Below are positions 1 through 10,412 of a stretch of DNA of 64,000 nt, one piece after another. Source of the DNA: an uncultured delta proteobacterium (GTDB lineage: Bacteria; Desulfobacterota; Binatia; DP-6). The first letter of the stretch is position 1. Every line of letters begins with the position of its first letter. The DNA lies in NCBI GenBank assembly GCA_963815115.1, contig CAWFFN010000009.1:1024001-1088000 (forward strand), written 5' to 3'. Under the pieces are notes generated by a model. The model did no database searches. It was not told the DNA's origin and saw nothing but the letters and a program-made list of their open reading frames with translations. The position numbers and the translations under genes were made by a program.

Positions 1-643
1 GGCGGCCGATCGGGCTCGCCGTGTGCTCGTAGCCCACGAACGTCGTGAACCGGCAGGCGGAGCTCCGGTCGTAGGCTTCCTCCGCGGCCGCCTGCATCTC
101 CTGCCACACCGAGATGGACGCCGCGTCGCAGTCGACGCCGGGAGTCGTCGAGCAGAAGGGCAGGGATCGGGGCGGATCCGGGATGCCGAGCGGGAAGAGC
201 CACTGGATGGTCGTATTGAGCTCCTCGAGCGACGTGCGCTCGACCTGGCGCAGCAGCTGACAGGTCATCACGTCGAAGGCGGGCGATCCGGGCGTCGAGC
301 ACCGGTCGACCTCGCCGAAGAGCTCCGAATGATCGGTGACGGCCATGAAGTCGAGCGGGCGGTCGATGGTGGCGCTCCGGGTCTGTGCCTCGTCGGTGTC
401 GGCGACGGGGATCGTCCCGCCGCGGGCGAATTCGTACGCGTCCCGCGGCCCGACACGCGTTCCGAAGATGTACGCGTCGGCCGAGAAGCGGGTATGCACG
501 TGCAGGTCGCCGAAGAAGGGCTGTCGCAGCGGCGCGACGGCGGCGCACGGCTCGCGTGTCTCTGTACGTTGCCAAGGCGGTGTCGCCGCCCCCGCGAGGG
601 TCTCGGCGAGAACGGCGAGCAGGACGAACCCGGGCCATCGCAC
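1..643 (-). CDS. DUF3604 domain secreted protein (PHP-like), runs off the left edge; not in the ORF track
   Basis: Manual translation from GTG 643: signal peptide (RWPGFVLLAVLAETLAGA), QPFFGDLHVHTRFSADAY, LDFMAVTDHSE, FTTFVGYEHT; divergent from HupE/UreJ, a usual neighbour. Confidence 0.85.
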   Translation of the reverse strand, partial: MRWPGFVLLAVLAETLAGAATPPWQRTETREPCAAVAPLRQPFFGDLHVHTRFSADAYIFGTRVGPRDAYEFARGGTIPVADTDEAQTRSATIDRPLDFMAVTDHSELFGEVDRCSTPGSPAFDVMTCQLLRQVERTSLEELNTTIQWLFPLGIPDPPRSLPFCSTTPGVDCDAASISVWQEMQAAAEEAYDRSSACRFTTFVGYEHTASPIGR

Positions 644-701
644 GGCTGGATCTGTAACGCGAACGCGTCGAGCTTGTCGAGCAACTTGGCGAATGGCTAG
701 G

Positions 702-1694
702 ATGAGAGGCGTGCGTCTCCTGCTCGCGCTCGGCGTGCTCCTCGTGGCGGTGCCGCTCGCCGCACATCCCCTCGCGCCGGCGTTGCTCGAGATTCACGAG
801 CTCGGAAGTGGCGCCGCCGAGGTCACCTGGAAGCTTCCCCGTACGCATCCCCTCGGTGCCGGTGCCGTCCCCCGTCTGCCGGAGGGCTGCCGTGCCGTGA
901 CGCCGGCGGCGACGGCCGGCGATGGCACGGGCGTGACGAGCCGCTGGCGGGTCGAATGCGGATCGGTGTCGCTCGCCGGCGAGCGGATCGGCGTCGACGA
1001 TCTCACCGCGCTGCCGTCCGGCGCGGTGGTTCGCATCGTCTTCGCCGACGGCCGGGTCGCGGAGGGAATCCTCGCCGGAGACCGGGCGGACTTCGTCGTC
1101 CCGGCCGAGTCCCGACCGTGGGATGTCTTCGCGGCCTACGTGTGCCTCGGTGTCGGCCACATCCTCTCCGGGCCCGACCATCTCCTCTTCGTCTTCGGCC
1201 TCGTGCTCCTCGCCGGTGCGACGCGGCGGCTGCTGGCCACCGTGACGGCGTTCACCCTCGGGCACAGCGTGACGCTCACCGCCGCCGCCCTCGGCTTCGT
1301 CGCCGTGCCCGTGGCGCCGATCGAGGTGGCGATCGCCGCCAGCGTGTTCGTGCTCGCCGTGGAGCTCGCGCGCGGTCCGGGCTGCGCCAGCGCGATCCGC
1401 CGCCGGCCATGGGTGATGGCGTTCGCCTTCGGGCTCCTCCACGGACTCGGCTTCGCGGGCGCGCTCGCCGAGGCGGGGCTGCCCCGCGACGAGATCCCGC
1501 TCGCACTCCTCGGCTTCAATCTCGGGATCGAGGCGGGACAGGTGGCCTTCGTCGCCTGCGTGCTCGCCGCCGGTGCGGCACTCTGGCCCCTCGCCCGCCG
1601 GCTCCCGCCGTGGGGGCGGTGGGTGCCCGCGTATGCCATGGGGTCGCTGGCCGCCTTCTGGTGGATCGAGCGCACGGCGGCGCTGCTTCGCTAG
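702..1694 (+). CDS. HupE/UreJ family membrane protein
   Basis: Signal peptide ending LAAH; GVGHILSGPDHLLF, TAFTLGHSVTL, FGLLHGLGFA, FNLGIEAGQ motifs. Confidence 0.9.
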   Translation: MRGVRLLLALGVLLVAVPLAAHPLAPALLEIHELGSGAAEVTWKLPRTHPLGAGAVPRLPEGCRAVTPAATAGDGTGVTSRWRVECGSVSLAGERIGVDDLTALPSGAVVRIVFADGRVAEGILAGDRADFVVPAESRPWDVFAAYVCLGVGHILSGPDHLLFVFGLVLLAGATRRLLATVTAFTLGHSVTLTAAALGFVAVPVAPIEVAIAASVFVLAVELARGPGCASAIRRRPWVMAFAFGLLHGLGFAGALAEAGLPRDEIPLALLGFNLGIEAGQVAFVACVLAAGAALWPLARRLPPWGRWVPAYAMGSLAAFWWIERTAALLR

Positions 1695-1701
1695 ACGAAC
1701 G

Positions 1702-1723
1702 CCCGAGACTCCGTCTCGGGTCG
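1702..1723. repeat. REP-like hairpin CCCGAGAC-TCC-GTCTCGGG (copy 1)
   Basis: 22 nt exactly matching the reverse complement of 37755-37776; lies between convergent genes. Confidence 0.7.
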
Positions 1724-1810
1724 GAACGCAGAGCCGAGCGTGAGACTCGATGAGCAGTGCCGCTGGCGTCCGCCCGATCCACCGAACGCCACGCGCTCTC
1801 CTCCGCTTCC

Positions 1811-1833
1811 GCCCCGAGACCAGGTCTCGGGGC
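1811..1833. repeat. REP-like hairpin GCCCCGAGAC-CAG-GTCTCGGGGC (copy 2), possible terminator
   Basis: 10-bp perfect stem just after the DUF971 gene stop; same CCCGAGAC/GTCTCGGG core. Confidence 0.65.
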
Positions 1834-1841
1834 GCTCTGAT

Positions 1842-2168
1842 CTACCGTCCCGAGATCGGATTCTCGGGCTCGCCCGCGCAATGGGCGCAGCGGCAGAGCG
1901 CGCGCAGCTCCTCGGTGAGCAGCACCGTCTCGTGGCCGTCGGCCCAGCGCAGGAAGATGCTCTGCTCGCCCATCAGCTCGGCGCGGATCGGCTGCTCGGC
2001 AGCGGGAGTCGGCGGAATCGCCCGGTCGCCAGCCGAGCAGACATCGCACGGGCAGGCGCGGCGGATCATGCGGTGGGGCAGGATGCTGTCGTGTCCGTCG
2101 CCCCACTCGATGCCGAGGGCGTAGCGCCCGACCTCCTTCAGACTCACCACCCGCGTGCTCTCGGCCAT
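1842..2168 (-). CDS. DUF971 / gamma-butyrobetaine hydroxylase-like N-terminal metal-binding protein
   Basis: Two repeats of W-x-DGH...R-x-x-C-x-C-x-x-C (CPCDVC, CRCAHC). Confidence 0.8.
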   Translation of the reverse strand: MAESTRVVSLKEVGRYALGIEWGDGHDSILPHRMIRRACPCDVCSAGDRAIPPTPAAEQPIRAELMGEQSIFLRWADGHETVLLTEELRALCRCAHCAGEPENPISGR

Positions 2169-2296
2169 GACCTCCGGGTAGACGAGGTGGGGATCGACGT
2201 CAAAGGGTACTGGGCGCCGCGGTCGATGGGCGTCCGATTAGGTCAGATGATTGACAGCGTGACTCGCGGCGCGGTAGGGCTCGGACACCTGGGAGG

Positions 2297-3484
2297 ATGC
2301 CACAGATGCCCATCACCGAGCTTGCCGACGCCGACGGCCACATCATCGAGCCTGGCGACCTCTGGGTCGAGCGCTTGCCGCGCGACCTGCGCGCGATGGC
2401 GCCGCGCTTCTATCGCGACGAGGAGGGACGGTTTCACCAGTGCATCTACGGCATCGACGTCGGGAACCTCGAGGTGATGTACGGCGGCATGCGGCCGAGC
2501 GACATGCTGCAGAGCATGGGGCTGGCGTGCGCCATGGGCATGCCCCTCGAACGGGTCTTCGCCAGCGACGAGCGCGAGCGCTTCACGATCCTCGACGCGC
2601 CCCGCTGGGCGCTGGACGGCCGCGAGCGCCTGGCCTTCAATACGCGGAACAGGGTGGGGCGCGCCGTGCTGTTCCCGACGTTCATGCTGTCGGGCGGCAC
2701 CTTCCTGCCGCATCTCGCGCCCGCCGTGTGCCGGGTCTACAACGACTGGATGGCGCACGACTACTGCGCCGGCTCGGGCGGCCGACTCATTCCCGCCGCC
2801 GCGCTGCCGACCATCGACGTGGACGCCTCGGTCGCCGAGGTGAGACGCACGGCCGCGCTGGGCTTCCCGGTGGCGTTCATCCGCACCAACTCCGTGCACG
2901 GCAAGAAGTACTCCGATCGCAGCTTCGATCCGCTGTGGCAGGCGATCGTCGACACCGGCATCAAGCTCGGCCTGCACCCGCTGCCGATGTGGGACCAGGA
3001 CGGCGTCGCCAAGGGCTACCGCCTCCCCGACATCATGGCGGCGTCGTGTCTCGGCTTTCCCATGGACATGATCCACACCCTGTACGACATGATGTGGGGC
3101 GGGGTGTTCGACCGCTTCCCCACCATGCCGACGATGATCCTCGAGGCCGGCGTCGGCTGGCTGCCGTCGATGTTCGAGCGCTTCGAGGAGCACCGCGAGA
3201 TGTTCGGCCGGATCAAGGCGCCCGAGTGGAAGACCCCGGCCATGGAGATCTTCCTGCGCCAGATGATGGTGACCGTCGAGGCCTGCGAGGAGACCGATCT
3301 CAGGATCGCGCTCGAGTTCCTGCCCGCCGATCACGTTGCCGTGGCGTCCGACTGGCCGCACTACGACGGCACGCCCGAGCTGCTCGCGGGCTTCGAGCGT
3401 GCCACTGCCGAGGCCGGGATCGGCCCCGAGGATGCGCAGACGCTCGCCACGGGAACGCTCGAGAAGTGGTTTCCGAGCCACTGA
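2297..3484 (+). CDS. Amidohydrolase family protein (amidohydro_2)
   Basis: DADGHIIEP, YNDW, FDPLWQA, LEAGVGWLP, SDWPH motifs; GGAGG upstream. Confidence 0.88.
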   Translation: MPQMPITELADADGHIIEPGDLWVERLPRDLRAMAPRFYRDEEGRFHQCIYGIDVGNLEVMYGGMRPSDMLQSMGLACAMGMPLERVFASDERERFTILDAPRWALDGRERLAFNTRNRVGRAVLFPTFMLSGGTFLPHLAPAVCRVYNDWMAHDYCAGSGGRLIPAAALPTIDVDASVAEVRRTAALGFPVAFIRTNSVHGKKYSDRSFDPLWQAIVDTGIKLGLHPLPMWDQDGVAKGYRLPDIMAASCLGFPMDMIHTLYDMMWGGVFDRFPTMPTMILEAGVGWLPSMFERFEEHREMFGRIKAPEWKTPAMEIFLRQMMVTVEACEETDLRIALEFLPADHVAVASDWPHYDGTPELLAGFERATAEAGIGPEDAQTLATGTLEKWFPSH

Positions 3485-3497
3485 GCGACGCGCGTCG

Positions 3498-5039
3498 ATG
3501 ATCTACGGGCTGACCGCTCACGCCGCTGCGGCCCCGGACCGCAGCGCGCTGGTGTGCGGGATGCGGCGGCTCACCTACGGTGAGCTCGACGGCTGGGTCA
3601 ACCGCATCGCGCACGTGCTCGCGGCGCGCGGTCTCGGTCCGGGCGGGCGCGTGGCGATCCTCCTTCCGAACGGTCCCGAGTTCCTCGCCGTCACGCACGC
3701 GGCTGCGAAGCTCGGCGCGCTCGCGGTCCCCATCAACTGGCGCTGGCGCCGTGGCGAGATCGCCTACGTGCTCGAGGACGCGGCGCCCGACGTGCTCGTG
3801 CTGGACCGCGCGTTCCTGGAGGAGGGCGCGCCGGCGCGCGCGGCGGCGGGACGGCCGGCGGCGGACCGCTGCCTGGTGGTCGGCGGCGGCGCCGATCTGC
3901 CGTCCTTCGAGGACGCCGTCGCGGCGGCGCCGGACACGCCGCCCGCCGCCGCGCTCCCGACCGGGGGCTTCAACGTGCTCGTCTACACGTCCGGCACCAC
4001 GGGCCGCCCCAAGGGCGTCGTGCACCCGACGTTCGATCCCGCGGCCGGCTTCGAGGCGCAGAAGCGGCTCGTCGACATGTGGGGATTCCGCACCGACGAC
4101 GTCCACCTGGTGGTCGGACCGATGTATCACACCATGCCGAACGCCTACGCGGCCCAGCATCTCTTCGTGGGCGCCACCGTGGTGATCATGCCACGCTTCG
4201 ACGCCGAGGAGTGCCTGCGCGCCATCGCCGCCGAGCGCGTGACGACGAGCAGCATGGTGCCCGCGCACTTCATCCGCATCGTCGAGCTGCCGCCCGGCGT
4301 GCGCTCCGGTCACGATCTCTCGAGCGTGCGCAAGATCCTGCACGCGGCGGCGCCATGCCCGCCGGAGGTGAAGCGGCGCATCATGGAGGTCTTTCCTCCC
4401 GACACGATCTGGGAGTTCTACGGAGCCAGCGAGGGACCGGGGACGATCATCAGCCCGTCGGAGTGGCTCGAGCGGCCCGGCAGCGTCGGCCGTCCGTGGC
4501 CCGGCGTCACCGTGAAGATCCTCGACGACGACGGTGGGGAGCTGGCGTCGGGCGAGGTCGGGACGATCTACCTGTCGACGCTCGGCAGCAGGAAGTTCTC
4601 CTACCGCAACGCGCCGGAGAAGACGGCGGCCGCGTTCCGGGGCGACTTCTTCACCGTCGGCGACATGGGCTGGCTCGACGACGCCGGCTACCTCTACATC
4701 GCCGATCGGCGCACCGACATGGTGATCTCGGGCGGCGTCAACATCTATCCCGCCGAGATCGAGGCCACGCTGCTCGCGCATCCCGCCGTCGTCGACGCCG
4801 CCGTCTTCGGCGTTCCCGACGAGCGCTGGGGCGAGTCGCTGCGGGCGGTGGTCGAGCCGCGCCCCGGGAACGAGCTCAGCGCGGAGTCGCTCCAGGCCTG
4901 GTGCCGCGAGCGACTCGCCGACTACAAGACGCCGCGCAGCGTGGAGCTCGTCGCCGAGCTCCCGCGGGATCCGAACGGCAAGGTGCTCAAGCGCCAGCTC
5001 CGCGAGCCGTTCTGGGCGGGGCAGGCGCGCCGGGTGTGA
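3498..5039 (+). CDS. Acyl-CoA synthetase (AMP-binding)
   Basis: YTSGTTGRPKG P-loop, YGASEG, TVGDMG, SGGVNIYPAEIE, GKVLKR. Confidence 0.92.
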   Translation: MIYGLTAHAAAAPDRSALVCGMRRLTYGELDGWVNRIAHVLAARGLGPGGRVAILLPNGPEFLAVTHAAAKLGALAVPINWRWRRGEIAYVLEDAAPDVLVLDRAFLEEGAPARAAAGRPAADRCLVVGGGADLPSFEDAVAAAPDTPPAAALPTGGFNVLVYTSGTTGRPKGVVHPTFDPAAGFEAQKRLVDMWGFRTDDVHLVVGPMYHTMPNAYAAQHLFVGATVVIMPRFDAEECLRAIAAERVTTSSMVPAHFIRIVELPPGVRSGHDLSSVRKILHAAAPCPPEVKRRIMEVFPPDTIWEFYGASEGPGTIISPSEWLERPGSVGRPWPGVTVKILDDDGGELASGEVGTIYLSTLGSRKFSYRNAPEKTAAAFRGDFFTVGDMGWLDDAGYLYIADRRTDMVISGGVNIYPAEIEATLLAHPAVVDAAVFGVPDERWGESLRAVVEPRPGNELSAESLQAWCRERLADYKTPRSVELVAELPRDPNGKVLKRQLREPFWAGQARRV

Positions 5040-5140
5040 GACCTTCCGGCGCGCGCGGGAGGAGCCCGCCCTTCTGTCGCCGTTCGGCTTTCAAAAGCGC
5101 CCTCTGCAGTCACTTGCCCGTCCATCTGGGAAACGGTGGA

Positions 5141-6703
5141 TCAGGGGAGAAATCGTATGCGCCCAGCGAGAATGGCAACGAGGGATTGGGTGCGCGGTCT
5201 ACTCCGGGCGTACACCGCGGCGCTCAGATGCACATCGATCGGGCCGGCCCGCAGGAGTCGACGACCGACCGGATTCAGCTGAACCGGGACCCTCGTCCGA
5301 TAGTCGTTCGTCGGGCGAAGGATGCCGCGTGCCGTTCTGGTCACGAACGACGGCTCTGCGGTCCCGGACACCACGGCGCCGCGCAGGACGAGCTTCAGCT
5401 TCTCCCCCGCTCCCTGGCGCGGGAACTCCACCGAGACCATCGCGCGTTTCCGCGTCGTGGACTGATCGCCGAGCCCGCGACAGCACGGAGCGTATAGCTC
5501 GGCGAGCCCGAGCCGCTCGGCCTCTTCGGAGGCGCCCCACCCGGGATACCCTGCTACGAGCCGGTCGCCGGCGAGGTCGACGGCGCAAATCCCGAAACCG
5601 GCAGTGGCCGATGCCTCGGGCACCAACATCGCCTTCAAGGCGCCGGTCGCGGAGTCATAGACGGCGACGCCGGCCCGGCCTCCCACGACCGCTTGCCCGC
5701 CTCCCATTCGCACGCAACTTCCGAAGGACGTGATCAGGGGGCACGTCGACCCGACCACACACCGACGCCCGGGAACACGCGGGGGCTGCTCGAGGGCGCC
5801 CAACGAGGCGCCCGTCGTAGTATCGAAGAGGTATGCGCGTCCGCTGGTATTCAGCGGAGCGAACCGCCCGGCGTCCGGCGCGCCGACCAGGACACGGTCA
5901 CCAGCGACGGCGACGCTGGCCCCGAAGCCATCGCCGCTCTGTGGCTCGGGACTGCTGAGCGTTCGCAACGCAGCGCCGCTGCGAACATCGAAAAGGTTCA
6001 CCAGACCCGAGATCGGGACGCCGCGCTCGCTTCGGGCCGGCACCCCGACGGCGATCGTCTGCTCATCGAGCCCGACGGATGACCCGGAACCCCCGATTCT
6101 CAGCAGTCTGCTCCAGGTCCCGATGTCGAGGACGTCGACGACCCCCGCGGTCCGCCCGAAGAAGGACCACCACACGACGGCCACGTGGGACCCCGACACG
6201 GCCAGGTCGGAAGCCGTCGAGTACCCTGCAGGGCCGTCGATCATTCGCTCGAGCTGGCCGCTGGCGAGGTCGATGACGGAGAGGCCGCTGGTGGTCGCGA
6301 CCAGGATCGATCCCCCGACGACCGCGATCGCCTCTCCGAAGCGATGCTCCCCACCCACGATCGGAGCAGGATCGAAGATCGTTCGTTGCAGGGCACCGGA
6401 CTCCGCGTCAAACACGTGGAGTGCGCCCGCCGAGGTGTTCACCAGGACTCCGGCGACCGGCACGGCGACGACGGCGCTCGGCTCGCTCACGACGAGGACT
6501 CGATCGTCGAGGTCGACGGCGTGACCGAACTCCTGGAGTCCGAACCCGAAGCGCGGATGGTCGAGGGGGCTGGACAACCTCAGGACCTGCGCCTGCGGGG
6601 CAGAGACTGGTGCGATGATCAGGCCGGCCGCCAACCCCAGCGTCAGCGCCTGTCCGGCGCGCCGACGGAGGGGCGAGGCGGAGGGACCATGCCCGCTTGT
6701 CAT
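5141..6703 (-). CDS. Secreted FG-GAP-like beta-propeller repeat protein (start uncertain)
   Basis: Signal-like LTLGLAAGLIIAPVSAPQA; repeats FGHAVDL, FGEAIAV, FGASVAVAGDRVLVGAP, GRAYLFD. Confidence 0.65.
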   Translation of the reverse strand: MTSGHGPSASPLRRRAGQALTLGLAAGLIIAPVSAPQAQVLRLSSPLDHPRFGFGLQEFGHAVDLDDRVLVVSEPSAVVAVPVAGVLVNTSAGALHVFDAESGALQRTIFDPAPIVGGEHRFGEAIAVVGGSILVATTSGLSVIDLASGQLERMIDGPAGYSTASDLAVSGSHVAVVWWSFFGRTAGVVDVLDIGTWSRLLRIGGSGSSVGLDEQTIAVGVPARSERGVPISGLVNLFDVRSGAALRTLSSPEPQSGDGFGASVAVAGDRVLVGAPDAGRFAPLNTSGRAYLFDTTTGASLGALEQPPRVPGRRCVVGSTCPLITSFGSCVRMGGGQAVVGGRAGVAVYDSATGALKAMLVPEASATAGFGICAVDLAGDRLVAGYPGWGASEEAERLGLAELYAPCCRGLGDQSTTRKRAMVSVEFPRQGAGEKLKLVLRGAVVSGTAEPSFVTRTARGILRPTNDYRTRVPVQLNPVGRRLLRAGPIDVHLSAAVYARSRPRTQSLVAILAGRIRFLP

Positions 6704-6981
6704 AATGGGGCATAGTTTTGTCATTGCAAACCGACTCTGACAAGCAGGATTTTCACCGCATCGACGGTGCGTGCTCGCACGAACGCCGGCCTCTGAATGA
6801 CAGCGGCCGGCTGACATCGCCGGAGCGGCCGCCCGCCGCCTCCAGGGGGTGACGACCGTCGCAGGCCACGGGCACGCTCACCGCAAGACATCGCCTTGTT
6901 CTTCGGCTGCCCCAGGACAAGCCGGCGCTCGGTTTGATGGGAGCGCCACCGTCGTGTTACCCGAGCGACCGCGAACCTCAC

Positions 6982-8478
6982 GTGAAGCTCTCGCGCACGG
7001 TACTCCCGCGGGCACAGGGCCTCGCGCTGATCGCTCCCCTGCTCGCCACGCTCGCGGTGTGGGCACCGCTCCGCAACGACTACTTCCACGGCGACGACTT
7101 CTTCCACCTCTACGACATCGTCACGCTGCCGCTGCGGCACCTGCTCGGCCAGGTCTGGGGCGGGCATTTGCTGGTTCTCTACAATGCCGCCTTCTGGAGC
7201 ATGTTCCAGCTCTTCGGCACCGACCCGCGCGGGTACGCGTGGACGGTGCTGGCCACTCACCTGGTGAACACCGCGCTCCTCTTCCACGTCATCCGACAGA
7301 TGACCTGGCCTTTCGGCGGCGTGGCGCTCGCGTGCTTCGGCGCCATGCTCTGGGGAACCTGTCCCACCCTCGCGGGAGCTCTCGGCTGGTACTCGGTCTA
7401 CCCTCAGGTGCTCCTCACCACGCTCGTGCTGAGCGTCCTCTGGAGCTTCGGACGCCTGCTCCGGACCGGAGCACCGCTCTCGGCGAGCACCGCCGTCGTG
7501 TGGGCGGCCGTGCTCGCCGGCGGCGCCACGTGCTTTGGCACGGGGCTCGGCGTTGCGGCTGCCTTTCCACTGGTGGTGTCGGTTGCGTTGCCCCGGAGCC
7601 GGCTGCCACGACGCAGCACGCTCGTGCTCGTCGGCGGCGCCGTCCTCACGGTTGCCGGCTACCGGCTTGCGCTCATGCGCTCTGCCGACGTGGTGCCGGA
7701 GGCAAGCGCGGCATTCTCGCTGCCCTCCACCCCGGCACTCCTGACCGCCGCGCTCGGACTCGCGACGCATCTCGTCGGGTTCGGGGGGGCTGCCCTCCTG
7801 CTCGACGGGCTCGGCGGCCATCAGCGATTGCCGGACTGGATACAGATCGCCGGCGCCAGCACGCTGCTGCTCCTGGTCGTCGCCGCCTGCGCCAGCACGG
7901 ACCTGACCGGCCGCCGTCGCCTCGTCGCGCTCGCGCTCCTTGCCGGCAGCGCCTACGGGGTGGTCGCGGCCGGACGATCGGCCGTCTACGCGGCCGCCCG
8001 CGTGCCGCTCACGATGGCGGCCAGGGCCGAGCGCTACCACTACCTCCCGCTGGCGCTGGTGACGCTCCTCCTGTGCGTCGCGCTGGCGGAGCTCGCCCGC
8101 CGCGGAAGAGCCGCATCCCGCGCCGTTTCCGCCGCGGTCGGTCTCTGGATGCTCTCCCGGCTGGTCATGCTCGCCCTCTTCCCCGTCCCGCTCGAGCTGG
8201 CCGATCTGCAGCGCGCGGCGGTGTCGGCGGTGCTGCGGAGCGTCCGGGACCAGGCCGCCCGCACGCCGCCGGGCGAGGCGGTGGTGATCGAGAACCGCCC
8301 GTTCGGAGCGAGCCTCTTCCTCCCGGCCCTCATGCCCGGCAACGCCGCGGTGTTCCTGGTCTTCTCCTCCGAGAACGCCGTCGACGGACGCCCCGTGCGG
8401 TTCGTCGTCTCCCAGGAGGAGTGGCAGCGAGCACAGGCGCGTGGAGGCCGCATCGCCGAGCTGCTCGTGCGGCCCTGA
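6982..8478 (+). CDS. Multi-pass membrane protein, putative GT-C-fold glycosyltransferase (paralog of 41623-43146)
   Basis: About 11-12 hydrophobic segments; YFHGDDF after TM1; HLVN and RYHYL motifs; GTG start approximate. Confidence 0.6.
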   Translation: MKLSRTVLPRAQGLALIAPLLATLAVWAPLRNDYFHGDDFFHLYDIVTLPLRHLLGQVWGGHLLVLYNAAFWSMFQLFGTDPRGYAWTVLATHLVNTALLFHVIRQMTWPFGGVALACFGAMLWGTCPTLAGALGWYSVYPQVLLTTLVLSVLWSFGRLLRTGAPLSASTAVVWAAVLAGGATCFGTGLGVAAAFPLVVSVALPRSRLPRRSTLVLVGGAVLTVAGYRLALMRSADVVPEASAAFSLPSTPALLTAALGLATHLVGFGGAALLLDGLGGHQRLPDWIQIAGASTLLLLVVAACASTDLTGRRRLVALALLAGSAYGVVAAGRSAVYAAARVPLTMAARAERYHYLPLALVTLLLCVALAELARRGRAASRAVSAAVGLWMLSRLVMLALFPVPLELADLQRAAVSAVLRSVRDQAARTPPGEAVVIENRPFGASLFLPALMPGNAAVFLVFSSENAVDGRPVRFVVSQEEWQRAQARGGRIAELLVRP

Positions 8479-8515
8479 GCTACCGCTCCCGATGCGACGA
8501 GCGGTATAGGTCCTC

Positions 8516-9571
8516 ATGCTCGTCCGGCTCCTCGTCGTCGCCCTCGCGCTTCTCAACGTGCCGGCGCATGCCGAGCATGTGGCGCTCGGGTCCGGTGGCC
8601 TCGACGGCCTCATCGTCCCCCACCGGGGCCGTGCCATGAGTGCGACCAGCGCCGATCCGACCGGGGGGAACCAGGACTTCCGGATCATTCCCCCGGGCGA
8701 CACCCTGACGATCCTCGACTACAGGGGCGCCGGCATCATCCGGCGCCTGCACATGACCTTCACTCCGCGCCCGCCGCTGGCAACGCCCGAGCAGACCGTC
8801 AGCGCCCACCGGCAGGTGATCCTGCGGATGTACTGGGACGACGAGAAGAGCCCGAGCGTCGAGGTGCCGCTGGGTGACTTCTTCGGCGTGGGCTTCGGCG
8901 AGCAGCGCGACTACGTCTCCCTGCCGCTGTCGGTGACCAGCGGGGGCTACAACTCGTACTGGCCGATGCCCTTCCGCCGGGCCGCCCGCATGACGCTCAC
9001 CAACCTGGGCAAGGACGGATTCATGGCTTTCTGGAACATCGATTTCACGGCCCGGCGCGCGTTGCCGAAGACCGTCCTGCTCTTTCACGCCCAGTGGCGT
9101 CGCGAAAACCCGACCACCGTCGGCCAGAGCTACACGATCCTCGAAGCGCGAGGCGCCGGTCAGTACGCCGGCACCGCGCTGTTCATGCGCGGCCTCGCTC
9201 CGATCCCGTTCGGCTTCCCATTGTTTTTTCTCGAGGGCGACGAGCGCGTCGTCGTCGACGGCGACGCTACGCCGGCGGTCGCTGGCACCGGCACCGAGGA
9301 CTACTGCAACGGCGGCTGGTACTTCGAGCACGGACCGGTCGCCGGTCCCTACGCGGGCGCGGTCATCGTCGATCCGGTCGCGTCGCGCGTGAGCTGCTAT
9401 CGCTGGCACATCGAGGATGCCATGCCGTTCCGGAAGTCGATCAGCATCACGATCGAGCACGGCCCGACGAACAACATGAACGCCGACTACTCGAGCGTCG
9501 CCTATTTCTATCAACGCGAACCCCACGCGCCATTCCCGCCGCTGCCGGACGCGGCCGGGCTGCTGCCGTAG
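8516..9571 (+). CDS. DUF2961 / glycoside hydrolase family 172 protein, secreted
   Basis: SADPTGGNQD, LRMYWDDE..PSVEVPLGDFFG, YWPMPF, EGDE, GTGTEDY, YRWHIED, SSVAYFYQ. Confidence 0.88.
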   Translation: MLVRLLVVALALLNVPAHAEHVALGSGGLDGLIVPHRGRAMSATSADPTGGNQDFRIIPPGDTLTILDYRGAGIIRRLHMTFTPRPPLATPEQTVSAHRQVILRMYWDDEKSPSVEVPLGDFFGVGFGEQRDYVSLPLSVTSGGYNSYWPMPFRRAARMTLTNLGKDGFMAFWNIDFTARRALPKTVLLFHAQWRRENPTTVGQSYTILEARGAGQYAGTALFMRGLAPIPFGFPLFFLEGDERVVVDGDATPAVAGTGTEDYCNGGWYFEHGPVAGPYAGAVIVDPVASRVSCYRWHIEDAMPFRKSISITIEHGPTNNMNADYSSVAYFYQREPHAPFPPLPDAAGLLP

Positions 9572-9579
9572 GTGATGAC

Positions 9580-10365
9580 CTACCCCAGCATGATCATGCC
9601 GCCGTCGACCACCAGCACCTGCCCGGTCATCATGTCGGAGTCCTCGGACGCGAGGAAGACGGCGGTACCCGCCAGATCCTGCGGCTGCAGAGGCTTGCGC
9701 AGCGCGCTGAACATGACCAGCGGTCCCAGGATCTCCTCGGGGACGATCTTCTTGGTGGCCTCGGTCATGGTGACGCCGGGTGCGATGGCATTCACGTTGA
9801 TGCCCCAGGGACCGAGCGCGCCGGCCATGTACTTGGTGAGTCCCGAGACGCCGATCTTGGCCACGCTGTAGTGGAAGGGCGGCATCGGCAGGTCGGGGTT
9901 CTCGGTCTCGACCATGCCGACGTTGCCGAGGTAGGCCGCGGTGGACGACTGGTGGATGATCTTCCCGCGGTGCTGGCGCTTCATGTGCCGCTCGACGGCG
10001 CGGCTCATCAGCCAGGCGCCGGTGAGGTTCACGGAGAGCACGCGATTGAAGTAGGCGAGCGAGTTCTCGGTGCGATCGAGGTCGTAGTAGATGGCAGCGT
10101 TGTTGATCAGGATGTCGACGCCGCCGAAGCGTTCGACGGTTCGCGCCACGACCTCGTGCGTGCTCGCCTCGTCGGAGACGTCGAGCCGCAGCGCGACCGC
10201 GTCGGGGCCGAGGCCACGGCATTCCGCCGCGACGCCCTCCGCCCCGTCCTCGCGCAGGTCGGCGACGACCACCTGCGCCCCTTCGCGTGCGAAGCGCAGC
10301 GCGTAGGCCTTGCCGATGCCCTGCGCCGCGCCGGTGATGATGGCCGTCTTGCCCGCAAGTCGCAT
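9580..10365 (-). CDS. Short-chain dehydrogenase/reductase
   Basis: TGAAQGIG, NNA, YSVAK catalytic motif, VNAIAPG, VDGG. Confidence 0.92.
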   Translation of the reverse strand: MRLAGKTAIITGAAQGIGKAYALRFAREGAQVVVADLREDGAEGVAAECRGLGPDAVALRLDVSDEASTHEVVARTVERFGGVDILINNAAIYYDLDRTENSLAYFNRVLSVNLTGAWLMSRAVERHMKRQHRGKIIHQSSTAAYLGNVGMVETENPDLPMPPFHYSVAKIGVSGLTKYMAGALGPWGINVNAIAPGVTMTEATKKIVPEEILGPLVMFSALRKPLQPQDLAGTAVFLASEDSDMMTGQVLVVDGGMIMLG

Positions 10366-10412
10366 GCGGGCGGCGGTACCACCCGGGCGAAAACGCTGTC
10401 AACGATCGCCGG

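Noticed and set aside
1-1694. DUF3604-HupE/UreJ pairing as a novel system
   Set aside because: A commonly seen association, and truncated by the window edge.
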